Source: Bacteroidota bacterium
GTDB taxonomy: Bacteria > Bacteroidota > Bacteroidia > Bacteroidales > PUMT01
Direction of reading: 5' to 3'
Assembly (NCBI GenBank): GCA_003554865.1
Contig: PWHJ01000025.1
Coordinates: 6,822-70,821 of the forward strand
DNA: 64,000 bases
The notes under the pieces were generated by a model that ran no database searches, was not told the origin of the DNA, and saw nothing but the letters and a program-made list of their open reading frames with translations. The number at the start of each line of letters is the position of its first letter. Position 1 is the first letter of the stretch. This document shows positions 1-10,030 of this stretch, in pieces. A program made the translations under genes and the position numbers.

Positions 1-359
1 AACACATTGTTGGTGATATTTATAAGATTGTACGCTGTGTTCCATTTTCCCGATATAGTACCGTCGGTTACACTCAGGTTTTTGTCAAACATTTGCTGAT
101 AGCCGATAAAGGTACCTATCCACTCAAGCTCATCATTGTTTGCAAGCAGATCCGACTGGAAAACACTTGTTCCTGCAAATAGATTGGAGCTGCCCAAACT
201 GGCCCATGCACCGTTTATTGCATTTATAACTCCTTCGTGATCATTGTAAACCGTTTCAGCACTAACCGACTGCTGTGGCTCAACGTCGAGCAACTTGTCA
301 CATGATAACATCAGCAGGAACATTGAAACAGCCAATGTGATGAATTTTATATTTTTCAT
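1..359 (-). CDS. SusD/RagB family nutrient-binding outer-membrane lipoprotein (5' part; runs off the window edge)
   Basis: Translated by hand from ATG at 359: MKNIKFITLAVSMFLLMLSC-DKLLDVEPQQSVSAETVYND... It has a lipobox and the SusD-typical 'LDxxP' N-terminus, and lies 30 bp downstream of susC. Not in the ORF track. Confidence 0.88.
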   Translation of the reverse strand, partial: MKNIKFITLAVSMFLLMLSCDKLLDVEPQQSVSAETVYNDHEGVINAINGAWASLGSSNLFAGTSVFQSDLLANNDELEWIGTFIGYQQMFDKNLSVTDGTISGKWNTAYNLINITNNV

Positions 360-389
360 AATTATTTATTGTTTTATATTTAATTCCGA

Positions 390-3300
390 TTAAAATTCCA
401 GGTTTACACCAAATGTTATTGTCCTTGGCTGTGGGGCAGTGTAAAAATCATACCCCTGGGTCAGGTTCATTGTCTGGGCACCCGGACCTGTTCCTGTAAA
501 GTTGGCTTCAGGGTCCCATCCAGGATAATCGGTAATAGTGTAAAGATTAAGCGCTTTTACAAATATCCTGGCACTGGAAATATTGGCCCTTTGAACCAGC
601 TCCCCGGGTAACGTGTAGCCAAGTGTAACATCTTTGAATCTCAGGTAGGAACCGTCAAACACCTGCATTGAGGATATCCCGTAACCGTTGCTTAAACCGA
701 GCCTTATCTGGGGTACATCGGTTATGTCACCCGGATTCTGCCACCTGTTTTCATAGACATATTTTACTTTGTTGTCAAGTGTGGCAAAACTCTCAGCCTG
801 CCATTGGTGACCGCCGTTACGGAGATCGTTGCCATAAACAAACTGTGCCAGCACACTTAAATCAAATCCCCTGAACCTGAAAGTATTGGTGATGCCACCG
901 ATAAAATCCGGATTGGGATCTCCAACTATCTGATCAGCAGCAGCGGCAATATTGTTGGTTGTTTCAGTTCGGGTATCATCTACATAAAACAACGCATCGC
1001 CGTTATCTGGATCAACACCGGCAAATTTGGGCATCCAGAAAACACCCAGTGGCTGCCCTTCCATTGCCCTCCAGCGAACACCGATTATCTGCCCGTCAAG
1101 ATCAGTCACCTTGTTTCTGTTAAAAGCGATATTGAAATCGGTATTCCACGAGAAATCACCTGTAAGGTTTGCGGTATTGAGCACAAACTCCCATCCTTTG
1201 TTCTCCATTCTGCCTACATTGCTGGTTACTGTTGTAAACCCGGTAGTTGCAGGAACCTGGACATCCAGCAGCATATCTTCGGTATTTTTTAAATAATAAT
1301 CTATCTCGCCTGTTATGCGGTTGTCAAGAAACCCGAAATCAAGTCCAATATCAAACTGCGAGGTAGTTTCCCATTTCAGGTCAGGACTCGGGATACTTGT
1401 CGGCACCATGCCGGGCAATCCTGCATAATTGCTTCCCGAGTACAAGCCGCGCGAACTGAAATCGCCAATTTCCGCATTTCCTGTAAGTCCCCAGCTTGCA
1501 CGCAGTTTTAAAAAGCTTATAGCATCCATACCGGCCATGAAATCTTCCCTTGAAATTATCCATGCCCCAGAAGCAGCAGGGAATAACCCGTACCTGTTGT
1601 CCGCTCCAAAACGTGACGAACCGTCAATCCTGCCGCTCAGAGAAGCAATATACCTTTCCCTGTATATAAGGTTTGACCTTAAGAAATAGGACAAAAAGCT
1701 GAATTCCGTACCCGAACTGGACGCTGAAGTTATATCGGATGCACTGGCCAGACGCCTGAAGTTGTCATTCGGAAATCCTCTTCCTGTAATGGAGGCAAAA
1801 TCGGTATCGGCATACTGAAAGCTTGTACCCCCCACTAAGCTCACATCAAAATCGCCAAGCAAATTTTCATAAGTAAGATAAGTGTTGGAGGTAATATTTT
1901 TTCTTGTAACAGTCCGGTCATACCCCAGTCCATCGGGCCCGCCGTCAGCCGTCAACCGTCCATAGTACATCTTATCCCTGTGGTTGAGAATGTCAATTCC
2001 AAGGTCAGATCTAAGGGTAAGCTCAGGCAAAATGTAATAGTTTGCAAAAAGGTTGCCGATATTGCGGAAAATTTCTGTATCCTCGTTGCTGTACTCCAAT
2101 GGAAACAGGCCGCTGTCATAAAGTGTCGAGGGATTCAGTTCCGGCGGGTCTGTATCGGGAATATGTGTAGGGTCAAGAGGTGAAAGAGCCACCATTTGCA
2201 ATGGTGTTGCAAATGCATTATCATTTGCCACCCTGAAATGGCGCGTTCTTGTAAGGCCCAGATTCACACCCAGGTTCACCCTGTCGGAAGCCCTGTGATC
2301 TACATTGATGCGACCACTTGCCCTGTCAAACGAGTTCCCGACCAGAATCGATTCCTGGTCATTCCACGACAAAGAGGAATAGATCCTTGTCGCTTCAGTA
2401 CCTCCCGAAACGGAAAGGTCATACTGCTGCTGACCAGCCCTGCGTAATGCCTGGTCTTCCCAGTTTGTGTTGGGCTGAGATTCATGGTCCCAATAAGGAT
2501 ATATCCACCCAAGAAGCTGCTCATAACTTGTGGAACCCCACGGACCGGTAGGATAACCCAGAGCAAGCCGGTTTTCAAAACCTTCGGCTACAAGATCAAT
2601 ATACTGATCCCTGTCAAGAAACCCAACCTTCCGGGCGGGATCACTGAAACCACTCTGAACATTAAAATTAAACCTTGTTACATCATCGCGCCCCCTTTTG
2701 GTTGTAACAAGTACAACGCCGTTGGCTGCCCTTGCACCGAAAATTGCAGATGCGGAAGCATCTTTGAGAACCTCGATGGACTCTATGTCGGCCGGGTTCA
2801 GATCGGCCAGCGGATTAAGAGCCTCATTGCCAGGTCGTCCTAGGTTCTCGTGTGTAACAGGGAACCCGTCAATAACATAAAGCGGCTGACCTGAAGCAGA
2901 AAGTGAAGAAACACCGCGAACCCTCATCTTAACTGACTGGCCAACTTTGCCGCTTCCGCCCGTTATAAGCACACCTGCCGCCCTGCCCTGAATTGCCGAT
3001 TCAAAACTGGGCTGTGTTGAACCTGCAATATCCGAGGCACGAACCGATGCTATTGAGCCGGTCAGCTCCGAACGCAGCCGCGTACCGTATCCGACCACCA
3101 CAATCTCGTCCAGTCCGACAAGCCCGGGTTCAAGAGTTACATCTATCACCCTTTGGTCTCCCACAACAATGTCCTGCCTTGTCATTCCCACAAAGGAAAA
3201 CCTTAAAACATCTTCTCCGGAGCGGACATTAATAGAATAGTTGCCGTCGACATCGGTAACTGTTCCGATAGTAGTCCCCACAACAGAAACGGAAACGCCC

Positions 3301-3422
3301 GGTATAGGCATCTCATCGTCGGCAGATAGAACCTGACCTGTGACGGTAATCTGCTGTGCCCAGGCTGCTGTAAAACCAAGCATTAACAGCAGCATGAAAC
3401 TTACATACAACTTCTTTCTCAT
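390..3422 (-). CDS. SusC/RagA family TonB-dependent outer-membrane transporter
   Basis: 1010 aa. Signal peptide AWA-Q, N-terminal carboxypeptidase-regulatory-like domain, VVVGYG, SusC signature DIESIEVLKDASASAIFGARAANGVVLVTTKRG, LKWETT motif, C-terminal Phe. Confidence 0.96.
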   Translation of the reverse strand: MRKKLYVSFMLLLMLGFTAAWAQQITVTGQVLSADDEMPIPGVSVSVVGTTIGTVTDVDGNYSINVRSGEDVLRFSFVGMTRQDIVVGDQRVIDVTLEPGLVGLDEIVVVGYGTRLRSELTGSIASVRASDIAGSTQPSFESAIQGRAAGVLITGGSGKVGQSVKMRVRGVSSLSASGQPLYVIDGFPVTHENLGRPGNEALNPLADLNPADIESIEVLKDASASAIFGARAANGVVLVTTKRGRDDVTRFNFNVQSGFSDPARKVGFLDRDQYIDLVAEGFENRLALGYPTGPWGSTSYEQLLGWIYPYWDHESQPNTNWEDQALRRAGQQQYDLSVSGGTEATRIYSSLSWNDQESILVGNSFDRASGRINVDHRASDRVNLGVNLGLTRTRHFRVANDNAFATPLQMVALSPLDPTHIPDTDPPELNPSTLYDSGLFPLEYSNEDTEIFRNIGNLFANYYILPELTLRSDLGIDILNHRDKMYYGRLTADGGPDGLGYDRTVTRKNITSNTYLTYENLLGDFDVSLVGGTSFQYADTDFASITGRGFPNDNFRRLASASDITSASSSGTEFSFLSYFLRSNLIYRERYIASLSGRIDGSSRFGADNRYGLFPAASGAWIISREDFMAGMDAISFLKLRASWGLTGNAEIGDFSSRGLYSGSNYAGLPGMVPTSIPSPDLKWETTSQFDIGLDFGFLDNRITGEIDYYLKNTEDMLLDVQVPATTGFTTVTSNVGRMENKGWEFVLNTANLTGDFSWNTDFNIAFNRNKVTDLDGQIIGVRWRAMEGQPLGVFWMPKFAGVDPDNGDALFYVDDTRTETTNNIAAAADQIVGDPNPDFIGGITNTFRFRGFDLSVLAQFVYGNDLRNGGHQWQAESFATLDNKVKYVYENRWQNPGDITDVPQIRLGLSNGYGISSMQVFDGSYLRFKDVTLGYTLPGELVQRANISSARIFVKALNLYTITDYPGWDPEANFTGTGPGAQTMNLTQGYDFYTAPQPRTITFGVNLEF

Positions 3423-3511
3423 AATAAAATTTTTTGGATTAATAATGGTTGGTTATTTGTTTAATATTTCAGTAAAGAGCGACAGGTTTTAATTATTAAT
3501 TAGATTTAAAC

Positions 3512-3519
3512 CAAATATA
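3512..3519 (-). promoter_or_regulatory. Putative Bacteroidetes sigma-A -7 element (TATATTTG) for susCD
   Basis: Exact TAnnTTTG match on the minus strand, about 90 bp upstream of the susC ATG. Confidence 0.5.
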
Positions 3520-3789
3520 AGAATAAAATTTAGATTAATTGTATTGTTTTAACAATATACAGCATTTTTTTTAATTAAATATTAATTAGAAATATTATGA
3601 TTTTTGTCCTTAAAATAAAATATTTTCACATTTTGAGATATACCAGCATTTTTAACCATTATGACAAACTATTTGAAAATTTATACATAATAAATATATT
3701 ATAATATTTGCATTTACGCAACATGCAAATTATTTTTTTCAACCCGCTGCATCCTGCCTGCAGATATTTCGAGAATCGTTATAATATTG

Positions 3790-3797
3790 TATTTTTG
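3790..3797 (+). promoter_or_regulatory. Putative -7 promoter element (TATTTTTG) for mutS
   Basis: TAnnTTTG match 15 bp upstream of the mutS GTG start. Confidence 0.5.
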
Positions 3798-3812
3798 CCT
3801 TAAACTAAAGAT

Positions 3813-6431
3813 GTGGAAAACAATACGGCAAAAAATACGGAAACGCCTTTGATGAAGCAGTACAACAGCATCAAGGCAAAAAACCCTGACGCTTTGCTAT
3901 TATTCAGGGTGGGTGATTTCTACGAGACATTTGGTGAGGATGCCGTTAAAACATCCCGCCTTCTTGGAATCACACTGACACGCCGGGCAAATGGCGCCGC
4001 ATCTTATGTTGAGCTGGCAGGATTTCCCCATCACGCCCTTGATTCATACCTGCCCAGGCTGGTGCGTGCAGGAGAACGGGTTGCAATCTGTGAGCAACTG
4101 GAAGACCCAAAGACGGCAAAAAAAATTGTAAAACGCGGGATAACCGAGCTGGTAACTCCCGGGGTAACTTACAATGACAATGTTCTTGACAGAAGCAAAA
4201 ACAACTTTCTTGCATGTGTTCACCTCGGGAATAATGTTGGAGGGGTTGCCTTTCTGGATATATCCACGGGTGAGTTTATGGTTGCCCAGGGCGGGATAGA
4301 TTACATTGACAAGCTGCTGAACAGTTTTGAACCGAAAGAGGTTCTGTTGCAAAAAGATTATAAAGAGAGATTTTCACAATTGTTTGGGCAGGGGTACAAT
4401 GTTTATTCTCTTGACGGATGGGCATTTAACGAAGAAACAGCCAGAGAAAAGCTAACCGGCCATTTTGAAACCTCCTCGCTTAAGGGTTTCGGTATTGAGG
4501 GGCTTTCATATGCAATAACAGCGGCAGGGGCAGTTATTCATTACCTTGAATACACCGAGCATCATAAAAGGTCCCACATATCATCTGTTTCCCGTATAGA
4601 CGAGGAGGAGTATGTTTGGCTCGACAAGTTTACCATAAGAAACCTGGAGCTGTTCAGTTCAATTAACGAGGGAGCCAAAACATTGATTGAGGTAATGGAC
4701 TGCACTCTCTCCCCCATGGGCAGCCGCATGCTCAGGCGCTGGATGTCCCTGCCTTTGAAAGACCCGGAACAAATAGAGGAGCGTCTGAATGTAGTTGAGT
4801 TTATAATCCGAAACAAAGAGTTCAGCCAGACTGCAAAAAGCTCAATAAAACAAGTGGGCGATCTTGAAAGGCTTGCTTCCAAAATATCCACAGGCCGCAT
4901 AACCCCCCGTGAGCTGGTTCACCTACAAAAGGCCCTGGATGCTTTAACCCCGCTGAAGGAGGCATGCATCTCAAGCGGGGAGGAAACTATAGTTAAAACG
5001 GGCGAGCAACTGGATGTCTGCAAAAATCTTAGAAACCGAATTGCAAAGGAGATAAACCCAGACCCGCCGGTTTCTGTACAAAAAGGGAATGTCATTGCAG
5101 ACGGAGTCTCAGAAGAGCTGGACGAGCTGCGGAGCATACTATACAGCGGGAAGGATTACCTTATAGAGATGCAGCAAAGGGAAACCACCCGAACCGGCAT
5201 ATCTTCGCTTAAAATAGGTTACAACAATGTATTCGGCTATTATATAGAGGTTCGCAATACACATAAAGATAAAGTGCCCGAAGACTGGATCCGCAAGCAA
5301 ACCCTTGTAAGCGCGGAACGTTACATTACAAAGGAGCTGAAAGAATATGAGGAAAAAATTCTCGGAGCCGAAGAAAGAACTGCCGTTTTAGAGGAAAAGC
5401 TTTTCAACGAGTTGGTTGTTGCAGCCGGCAGGTTTATCGGTGTAATTCAGCAAAACGCATCACTTACAGGACGCCTGGACTGCCTTATGTCCTTTGCGGA
5501 GCTTGCATGCAGGCAAAAGTATAGCAGACCTTCGGTCAATGAACAGGAGAGTATAAACATCAAGCAGGGGCGCCATCCTGTGATCGAATTGCAGCTGCCT
5601 GCAGGAGAAGATTATGTAGCGAACGATGTTTACCTGGACTGCACAGAGCAGCAGATAATGGTGGTTACAGGGCCCAATATGTCGGGCAAGTCCGCGCTTC
5701 TCAGACAAACGGCACTGATCGTGCTGATGGCACAAATGGGCTCTTTTGTTCCCGCAAAATCGGCTCAGATAGGTTATGTTGACAAGATTTTCACAAGAGT
5801 AGGAGCCTCCGACAATATCTCACTTGGCGAGTCTACTTTCATGGTAGAAATGAATGAGGCGGCCAGCATACTGAACAATCTCTCGGCCAGAAGCCTTATA
5901 CTGCTTGATGAAATTGGGCGGGGCACAAGTACCTATGATGGCATTTCCATTGCCTGGGCAATGGCGGAATATATACATGAACATCCCTGTGGCAAAGCAA
6001 AAACCCTTTTTGCAACACACTATCATGAGCTGAATGAAATGGAAAACTCCTACTCGAGGATAAAAAATTACAATATCTCGGTCAGGGAGACAGACAACAA
6101 GGTTATTTTCATCAGAAAGCTTAAACGCGGGGGAAGCGAGCACAGCTTTGGAATACATGTTGCCCGTATGGCAGGAATGCCCAAAAGCGTTGTAACAAGG
6201 GCGGGAAAGATACTTAAAGAGCTGGAACAACCCCACCGGAAAAATTCGCTTACAAAACCGGTTGCCGGCATTGCTGAACACCGTGAAGGCCTTCAGTTAA
6301 GCTTCTTTCAGCTTGACGACCCTGTATTAAAACAAATACGCGATCAGATCAGGGACCTCGATATTGATAATCTCACGCCTGTTGAAGCGCTCAATAAGCT
6401 GTACGAAATAAAAAAACTGTCAGGACAATAA
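3813..6431 (+). CDS. mutS: DNA mismatch repair protein MutS
   Basis: TPLMKQY...FRVGDFYE mismatch-binding motif, Walker [33 protein letters not shown], and clamp motif QLSFF. Confidence 0.98.
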   Translation: MENNTAKNTETPLMKQYNSIKAKNPDALLLFRVGDFYETFGEDAVKTSRLLGITLTRRANGAASYVELAGFPHHALDSYLPRLVRAGERVAICEQLEDPKTAKKIVKRGITELVTPGVTYNDNVLDRSKNNFLACVHLGNNVGGVAFLDISTGEFMVAQGGIDYIDKLLNSFEPKEVLLQKDYKERFSQLFGQGYNVYSLDGWAFNEETAREKLTGHFETSSLKGFGIEGLSYAITAAGAVIHYLEYTEHHKRSHISSVSRIDEEEYVWLDKFTIRNLELFSSINEGAKTLIEVMDCTLSPMGSRMLRRWMSLPLKDPEQIEERLNVVEFIIRNKEFSQTAKSSIKQVGDLERLASKISTGRITPRELVHLQKALDALTPLKEACISSGEETIVKTGEQLDVCKNLRNRIAKEINPDPPVSVQKGNVIADGVSEELDELRSILYSGKDYLIEMQQRETTRTGISSLKIGYNNVFGYYIEVRNTHKDKVPEDWIRKQTLVSAERYITKELKEYEEKILGAEERTAVLEEKLFNELVVAAGRFIGVIQQNASLTGRLDCLMSFAELACRQKYSRPSVNEQESINIKQGRHPVIELQLPAGEDYVANDVYLDCTEQQIMVVTGPNMSGKSALLRQTALIVLMAQMGSFVPAKSAQIGYVDKIFTRVGASDNISLGESTFMVEMNEAASILNNLSARSLILLDEIGRGTSTYDGISIAWAMAEYIHEHPCGKAKTLFATHYHELNEMENSYSRIKNYNISVRETDNKVIFIRKLKRGGSEHSFGIHVARMAGMPKSVVTRAGKILKELEQPHRKNSLTKPVAGIAEHREGLQLSFFQLDDPVLKQIRDQIRDLDIDNLTPVEALNKLYEIKKLSGQ

Positions 6432-6456
6432 AATCCTGCAAAAAAACATTAATATT

Positions 6457-6487
6457 TTTGAATAAAAAAAATATTTGAATAAATTTG
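6457..6487 (+). promoter_or_regulatory. Bacteroidetes -33/-7 promoter of the tRNA pair
   Basis: TTTG (6457-6460), 19 nt spacer, TAAATTTG (6480-6487), 11 nt before tRNA-Gly. Confidence 0.7.
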
Positions 6488-6498
6488 CAGCACCGTTT

Positions 6499-6571
<73 letters not shown>

Positions 6572-6654
6572 CAATTTGTTCCCGATGTAGCTCCGGTTTA
6601 ATCGGAATAATCGGGATTTTTTTTGGCCGTTTTAAAAAAAGAAAAGCCGAATTT

Positions 6655-6739
6655 GCCCGGGTGGTGGAATTGGTAGACACGCAGGACTTAAAATCCTGTG
6701 GCCATTGCGGCCGTGCGGGTTCAAGTCCCGCCCCGGGTA
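6655..6739 (+). tRNA. tRNA-Leu (TAA)
   Basis: GCCCGGG...CCCGGGT-A acceptor, TGGTGGAATTGGTAGACAC D-arm, CAGGA-CTTAAAA-TCCTG anticodon arm, long variable arm GGCC-ATTGC-GGCC, T-loop TTCAAGT. Confidence 0.97.
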
Positions 6740-7014
6740 CATTCACAATCAAACACCCTCCATTCTCTGCATCCTAAAGTTAAAAGTTACTTTAAACCCG
6801 GGATTTAATAAGCCGGGGTTCCTGCTGCAACCAGTCTGATCCTGCTCCATACAGCTTCACAATCCAGCAAGAACAATCCATAAAACAAAATGCTAAGTTA
6901 AAAACAGTTAAATTTAATTTTTCATTATTAAACCATAACGGAATATTTTTATCTAATACGTAAATCCTGACCACAAAAGGGTTGTTGTTATTAATTTTGT
7001 CAAATTATGCAAAA

Positions 7015-9909
7015 ATGAAAATTAAATTTTTTTTAATACTGCTTTTATTATATTCAGCAGGGGTCTTTTCTCAGCATTCCGTTGAGCAGCGGGGCCGGGA
7101 GCTAAGCGATGAACAGGTAAAGGTTTTTGGGATAGTTGTCGACGAAGAGGACAAAACTCCTATGGCAGGAGCACATGTGTCACTTACCCGCTTAAGCGAC
7201 ACCTCGATTGTTTACCATGCAGTTGCAAACAATAAAGGAGAGTTTTCTTTCACTTTGCCTCGTGGAAGATATATACTTAAAGCTTCATTTATTGGTTACC
7301 GGCCCGCAGTTCTTGATGAGCACATCCAGGCAGCTGAAGCTGAAAACAATGTGGGGGTGATACCAATGCGCGAAGGTGCGATGCTGGATGAAGTGCAGGT
7401 GACCGCATTACGACCGCGGGCTGTTCTAAGGGGCGACACCCTTGATTACGACGCAGGTGCCTACAGGGTTGCCCCCGATGCAAGCACTGAAGATCTGATA
7501 AGGAGAATGGCGGGAATAACCGTTGAAGACGGCAGGGTAACCGCCCAGGGGGAGGATGTGAGAAGGGTCCTTGTTGACGGCCGCGAATTTTTCGGCGACG
7601 ACCCTTCAATAGCTTTGCGCAACCTGCCGGCTGAAATCGTGGAAAGAATTGAGGTATACGACCGGATGAGCGATCAGGCTGAGCTTACAGGGTTTGACGA
7701 CGGACAAAGAAGCAAAACCATAAATATAGTTACCCGCCTGGACACACGCAGCAGTCAATTTGGCCGGGTTTACTCGGGATACGGCGGAGACGAACGCTAT
7801 CAGGCGGGGCTTACAACGAATATCTTCAGGGAGTCGAGCCGCATCTCAATAATCGGGATGACAAACAATATAAATGAGCAGAACTTCTCAAGGGAGGATA
7901 TTATAACCCTGACAGCAGGGGCAATCAGGGGAGGAAGGAGCACAGGCGGAGGTATGGGGGGAGGCCGGGGGACAAGCGGCGGAAGCCGTATGCCGGATAT
8001 GGGAGGCATGATGCATTTTAGCGATTTCCGTCTCGGCACGCAATACGGAGACAATACCACCCACGCACTGGGCTTGAATTACAGTAATGTGTGGGTGGAT
8101 AACAAGTTGAACCTTACGGGAAGCTATTTTTTCAACATGTCAGACAATCACACCGATCAGCTGACAGACAGGAAATACATGCTGGATGAGACAGATAACC
8201 AGTTTTATTTGGAAGAGAGTGAAACATCGGGCCAAAACATTAATCACCGGTTCAATGCCAGATTAAGGTATGATATAGACAATAACAACTCTGTAATATT
8301 CACGCCAAGGCTGACACTTCAGGGAGGCAGCTCAGAGAATCATCTCTATGCACAAAACCTGCTGGATGTGAACAGTCCGTTAAGCTTTTCCGAAACCCTC
8401 TACGATTCGGATCTGAGCGGCTACAATTACAGCAGTTCTCTAATTTACAGACACCGCTTCAATAAAACCGGCAGATCCTTATCAGCCAACCTTGGCGCGA
8501 ATTTTAACAACAATGAAAGTCTTTATCATATGGATGCGGTCAATGAATATTTTTCCGGCAGCGATGATCAACTGACAGACGAAACTGTGATAAGCGATTA
8601 TCTGAACCAGAGATCGGATTCGGAAACAATCAGCAACACTCTTTCTTCCAACATCACTTATACAGAGCCGGTAGGGGAAAACGGACTGCTGCAGGCCGGC
8701 TATAACATTTCACGTGCGGCAAGGGAGTCGGACAGGATTACAAACGCCTGGGAAGAAGCTACCCAATCCTATGGAATTTTTGAGCCCGGACTTTCAAGCA
8801 GCCTGAAAAGCTATTATCTGACAAACAGAGGAACGCTTGGTTATCGCCTCAGGGGCGACAATTTCAACATGACACTTGAGATGGGTTATCAGCACGCCCG
8901 CCTTGAGGCAGATCAACAATTCCCATACGAGCATACTCTGGAGAGAAATTTTCAGGATTTCCTGCCGGGGGCAATGCTAACCTATAACATTGAACAGGGC
9001 AAAAGCCTGAGATTTTCCTACAGGACAAGCACAAGCGCCCCTTCGGTAACCCAGCTTCAGGATGTGGTCGACAACTCCAACCCCGTGCTTCTCTCCTCGG
9101 GTAACCCGGATCTTGACCACAGTTACAGCCATTTTTTGATGACCCGCTACAACTCTGTAAATACAACCAGGGCAACAAATTTCATTGCCGTGCTCTTCGG
9201 AAATTTTACAACAGATTACATAGGCAACTCCACACTGATTGCACGCAGGGACACAACCCTGGCAAACGGGTACGAGCTATACAGGGGGTCACAGTTTTCG
9301 ATGCCGGTGAACCTTGACGGCTTTGCAAATATACGTTCGCATCTAAATTACGGTTTCCCGGCCGGTTTTTTAAAAAGCAATCTTAACCTGAATGCAGGGG
9401 CAGGATACATTCGTACGCCGAGTCTAATAAGCGGGCAAAAGAATATTGCAAATTCCTGGTCACTTTCAGGTGGAGTTATGTTGTCGAGCAATATCAGTGA
9501 AAATGTGGACTTTACACTTTCATACAACACTAACTACAACATGGTTGGAAACTCCCTGCAGCCCCAGCTGGACAATAATTACCACCTGCATACGGCACGT
9601 TCAACTTTCAGCCTGATATTCCTGAACAACTGGGTGTTACGCAATGATTTAAGCTACCGGTATTTTGGCGGATTAACAGATGATTTTAACCAGGACTATA
9701 CGCTCTGGAACATGAACATCGGAAGAAAGCTTTTCCAAAACAACCTGGGTGAGATAACCCTGAGTGTTTTTGACCTTCTCGGTCAAAATGACAACATTGT
9801 ACGCAATGTCTCGGATTCCTACATTGAAGATCTCCGCACAAATGAGCTGAGCCGCTTCTTTATGCTCACCTTTACCTATAACCTGAGGAATTTTAATTTA
9901 AGGGAGTAA
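7015..9909 (+). CDS. Outer-membrane beta-barrel / TonB-dependent receptor-like protein with N-terminal carboxypeptidase-regulatory-like domain
   Basis: Signal peptide (VFS-Q) from ATG 7015. Plug-like block GDTLDY...EDLIRRMAG...VLVDGREFFGDDP..ALRNLPAEIVERIEVYD, alternating beta-strands, and C-terminal RFFMLTFTYNL. Confidence 0.85.
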   Translation: MKIKFFLILLLLYSAGVFSQHSVEQRGRELSDEQVKVFGIVVDEEDKTPMAGAHVSLTRLSDTSIVYHAVANNKGEFSFTLPRGRYILKASFIGYRPAVLDEHIQAAEAENNVGVIPMREGAMLDEVQVTALRPRAVLRGDTLDYDAGAYRVAPDASTEDLIRRMAGITVEDGRVTAQGEDVRRVLVDGREFFGDDPSIALRNLPAEIVERIEVYDRMSDQAELTGFDDGQRSKTINIVTRLDTRSSQFGRVYSGYGGDERYQAGLTTNIFRESSRISIIGMTNNINEQNFSREDIITLTAGAIRGGRSTGGGMGGGRGTSGGSRMPDMGGMMHFSDFRLGTQYGDNTTHALGLNYSNVWVDNKLNLTGSYFFNMSDNHTDQLTDRKYMLDETDNQFYLEESETSGQNINHRFNARLRYDIDNNNSVIFTPRLTLQGGSSENHLYAQNLLDVNSPLSFSETLYDSDLSGYNYSSSLIYRHRFNKTGRSLSANLGANFNNNESLYHMDAVNEYFSGSDDQLTDETVISDYLNQRSDSETISNTLSSNITYTEPVGENGLLQAGYNISRAARESDRITNAWEEATQSYGIFEPGLSSSLKSYYLTNRGTLGYRLRGDNFNMTLEMGYQHARLEADQQFPYEHTLERNFQDFLPGAMLTYNIEQGKSLRFSYRTSTSAPSVTQLQDVVDNSNPVLLSSGNPDLDHSYSHFLMTRYNSVNTTRATNFIAVLFGNFTTDYIGNSTLIARRDTTLANGYELYRGSQFSMPVNLDGFANIRSHLNYGFPAGFLKSNLNLNAGAGYIRTPSLISGQKNIANSWSLSGGVMLSSNISENVDFTLSYNTNYNMVGNSLQPQLDNNYHLHTARSTFSLIFLNNWVLRNDLSYRYFGGLTDDFNQDYTLWNMNIGRKLFQNNLGEITLSVFDLLGQNDNIVRNVSDSYIEDLRTNELSRFFMLTFTYNLRNFNLRE

Positions 9910-9956
9910 AATTTTCTTACAATTGCAGTTTTCACTCTGATGCCCCGGCCCCCATT

Positions 9957-10000
9957 TTATCAAAAATACCCCGCAACAATGAGCGGGGCATTTTTGATAA
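9957..10000. terminator. Bidirectional intrinsic terminator between convergent genes
   Basis: TTATCAAAAAT(A)CCCCGC - 8 nt loop - GCGGGG(C)ATTTTTGATAA. Confidence 0.75.
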
Positions 10001-10030
10001 GGGGTCATTTTAAGTTTAGCTGCCATTACT

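Noticed and set aside
6740-7014. Possible integrated element at the tRNA-Leu 3' end
   Set aside because: No integrase, and I saw no duplicated tRNA 3' end or compositional shift downstream.
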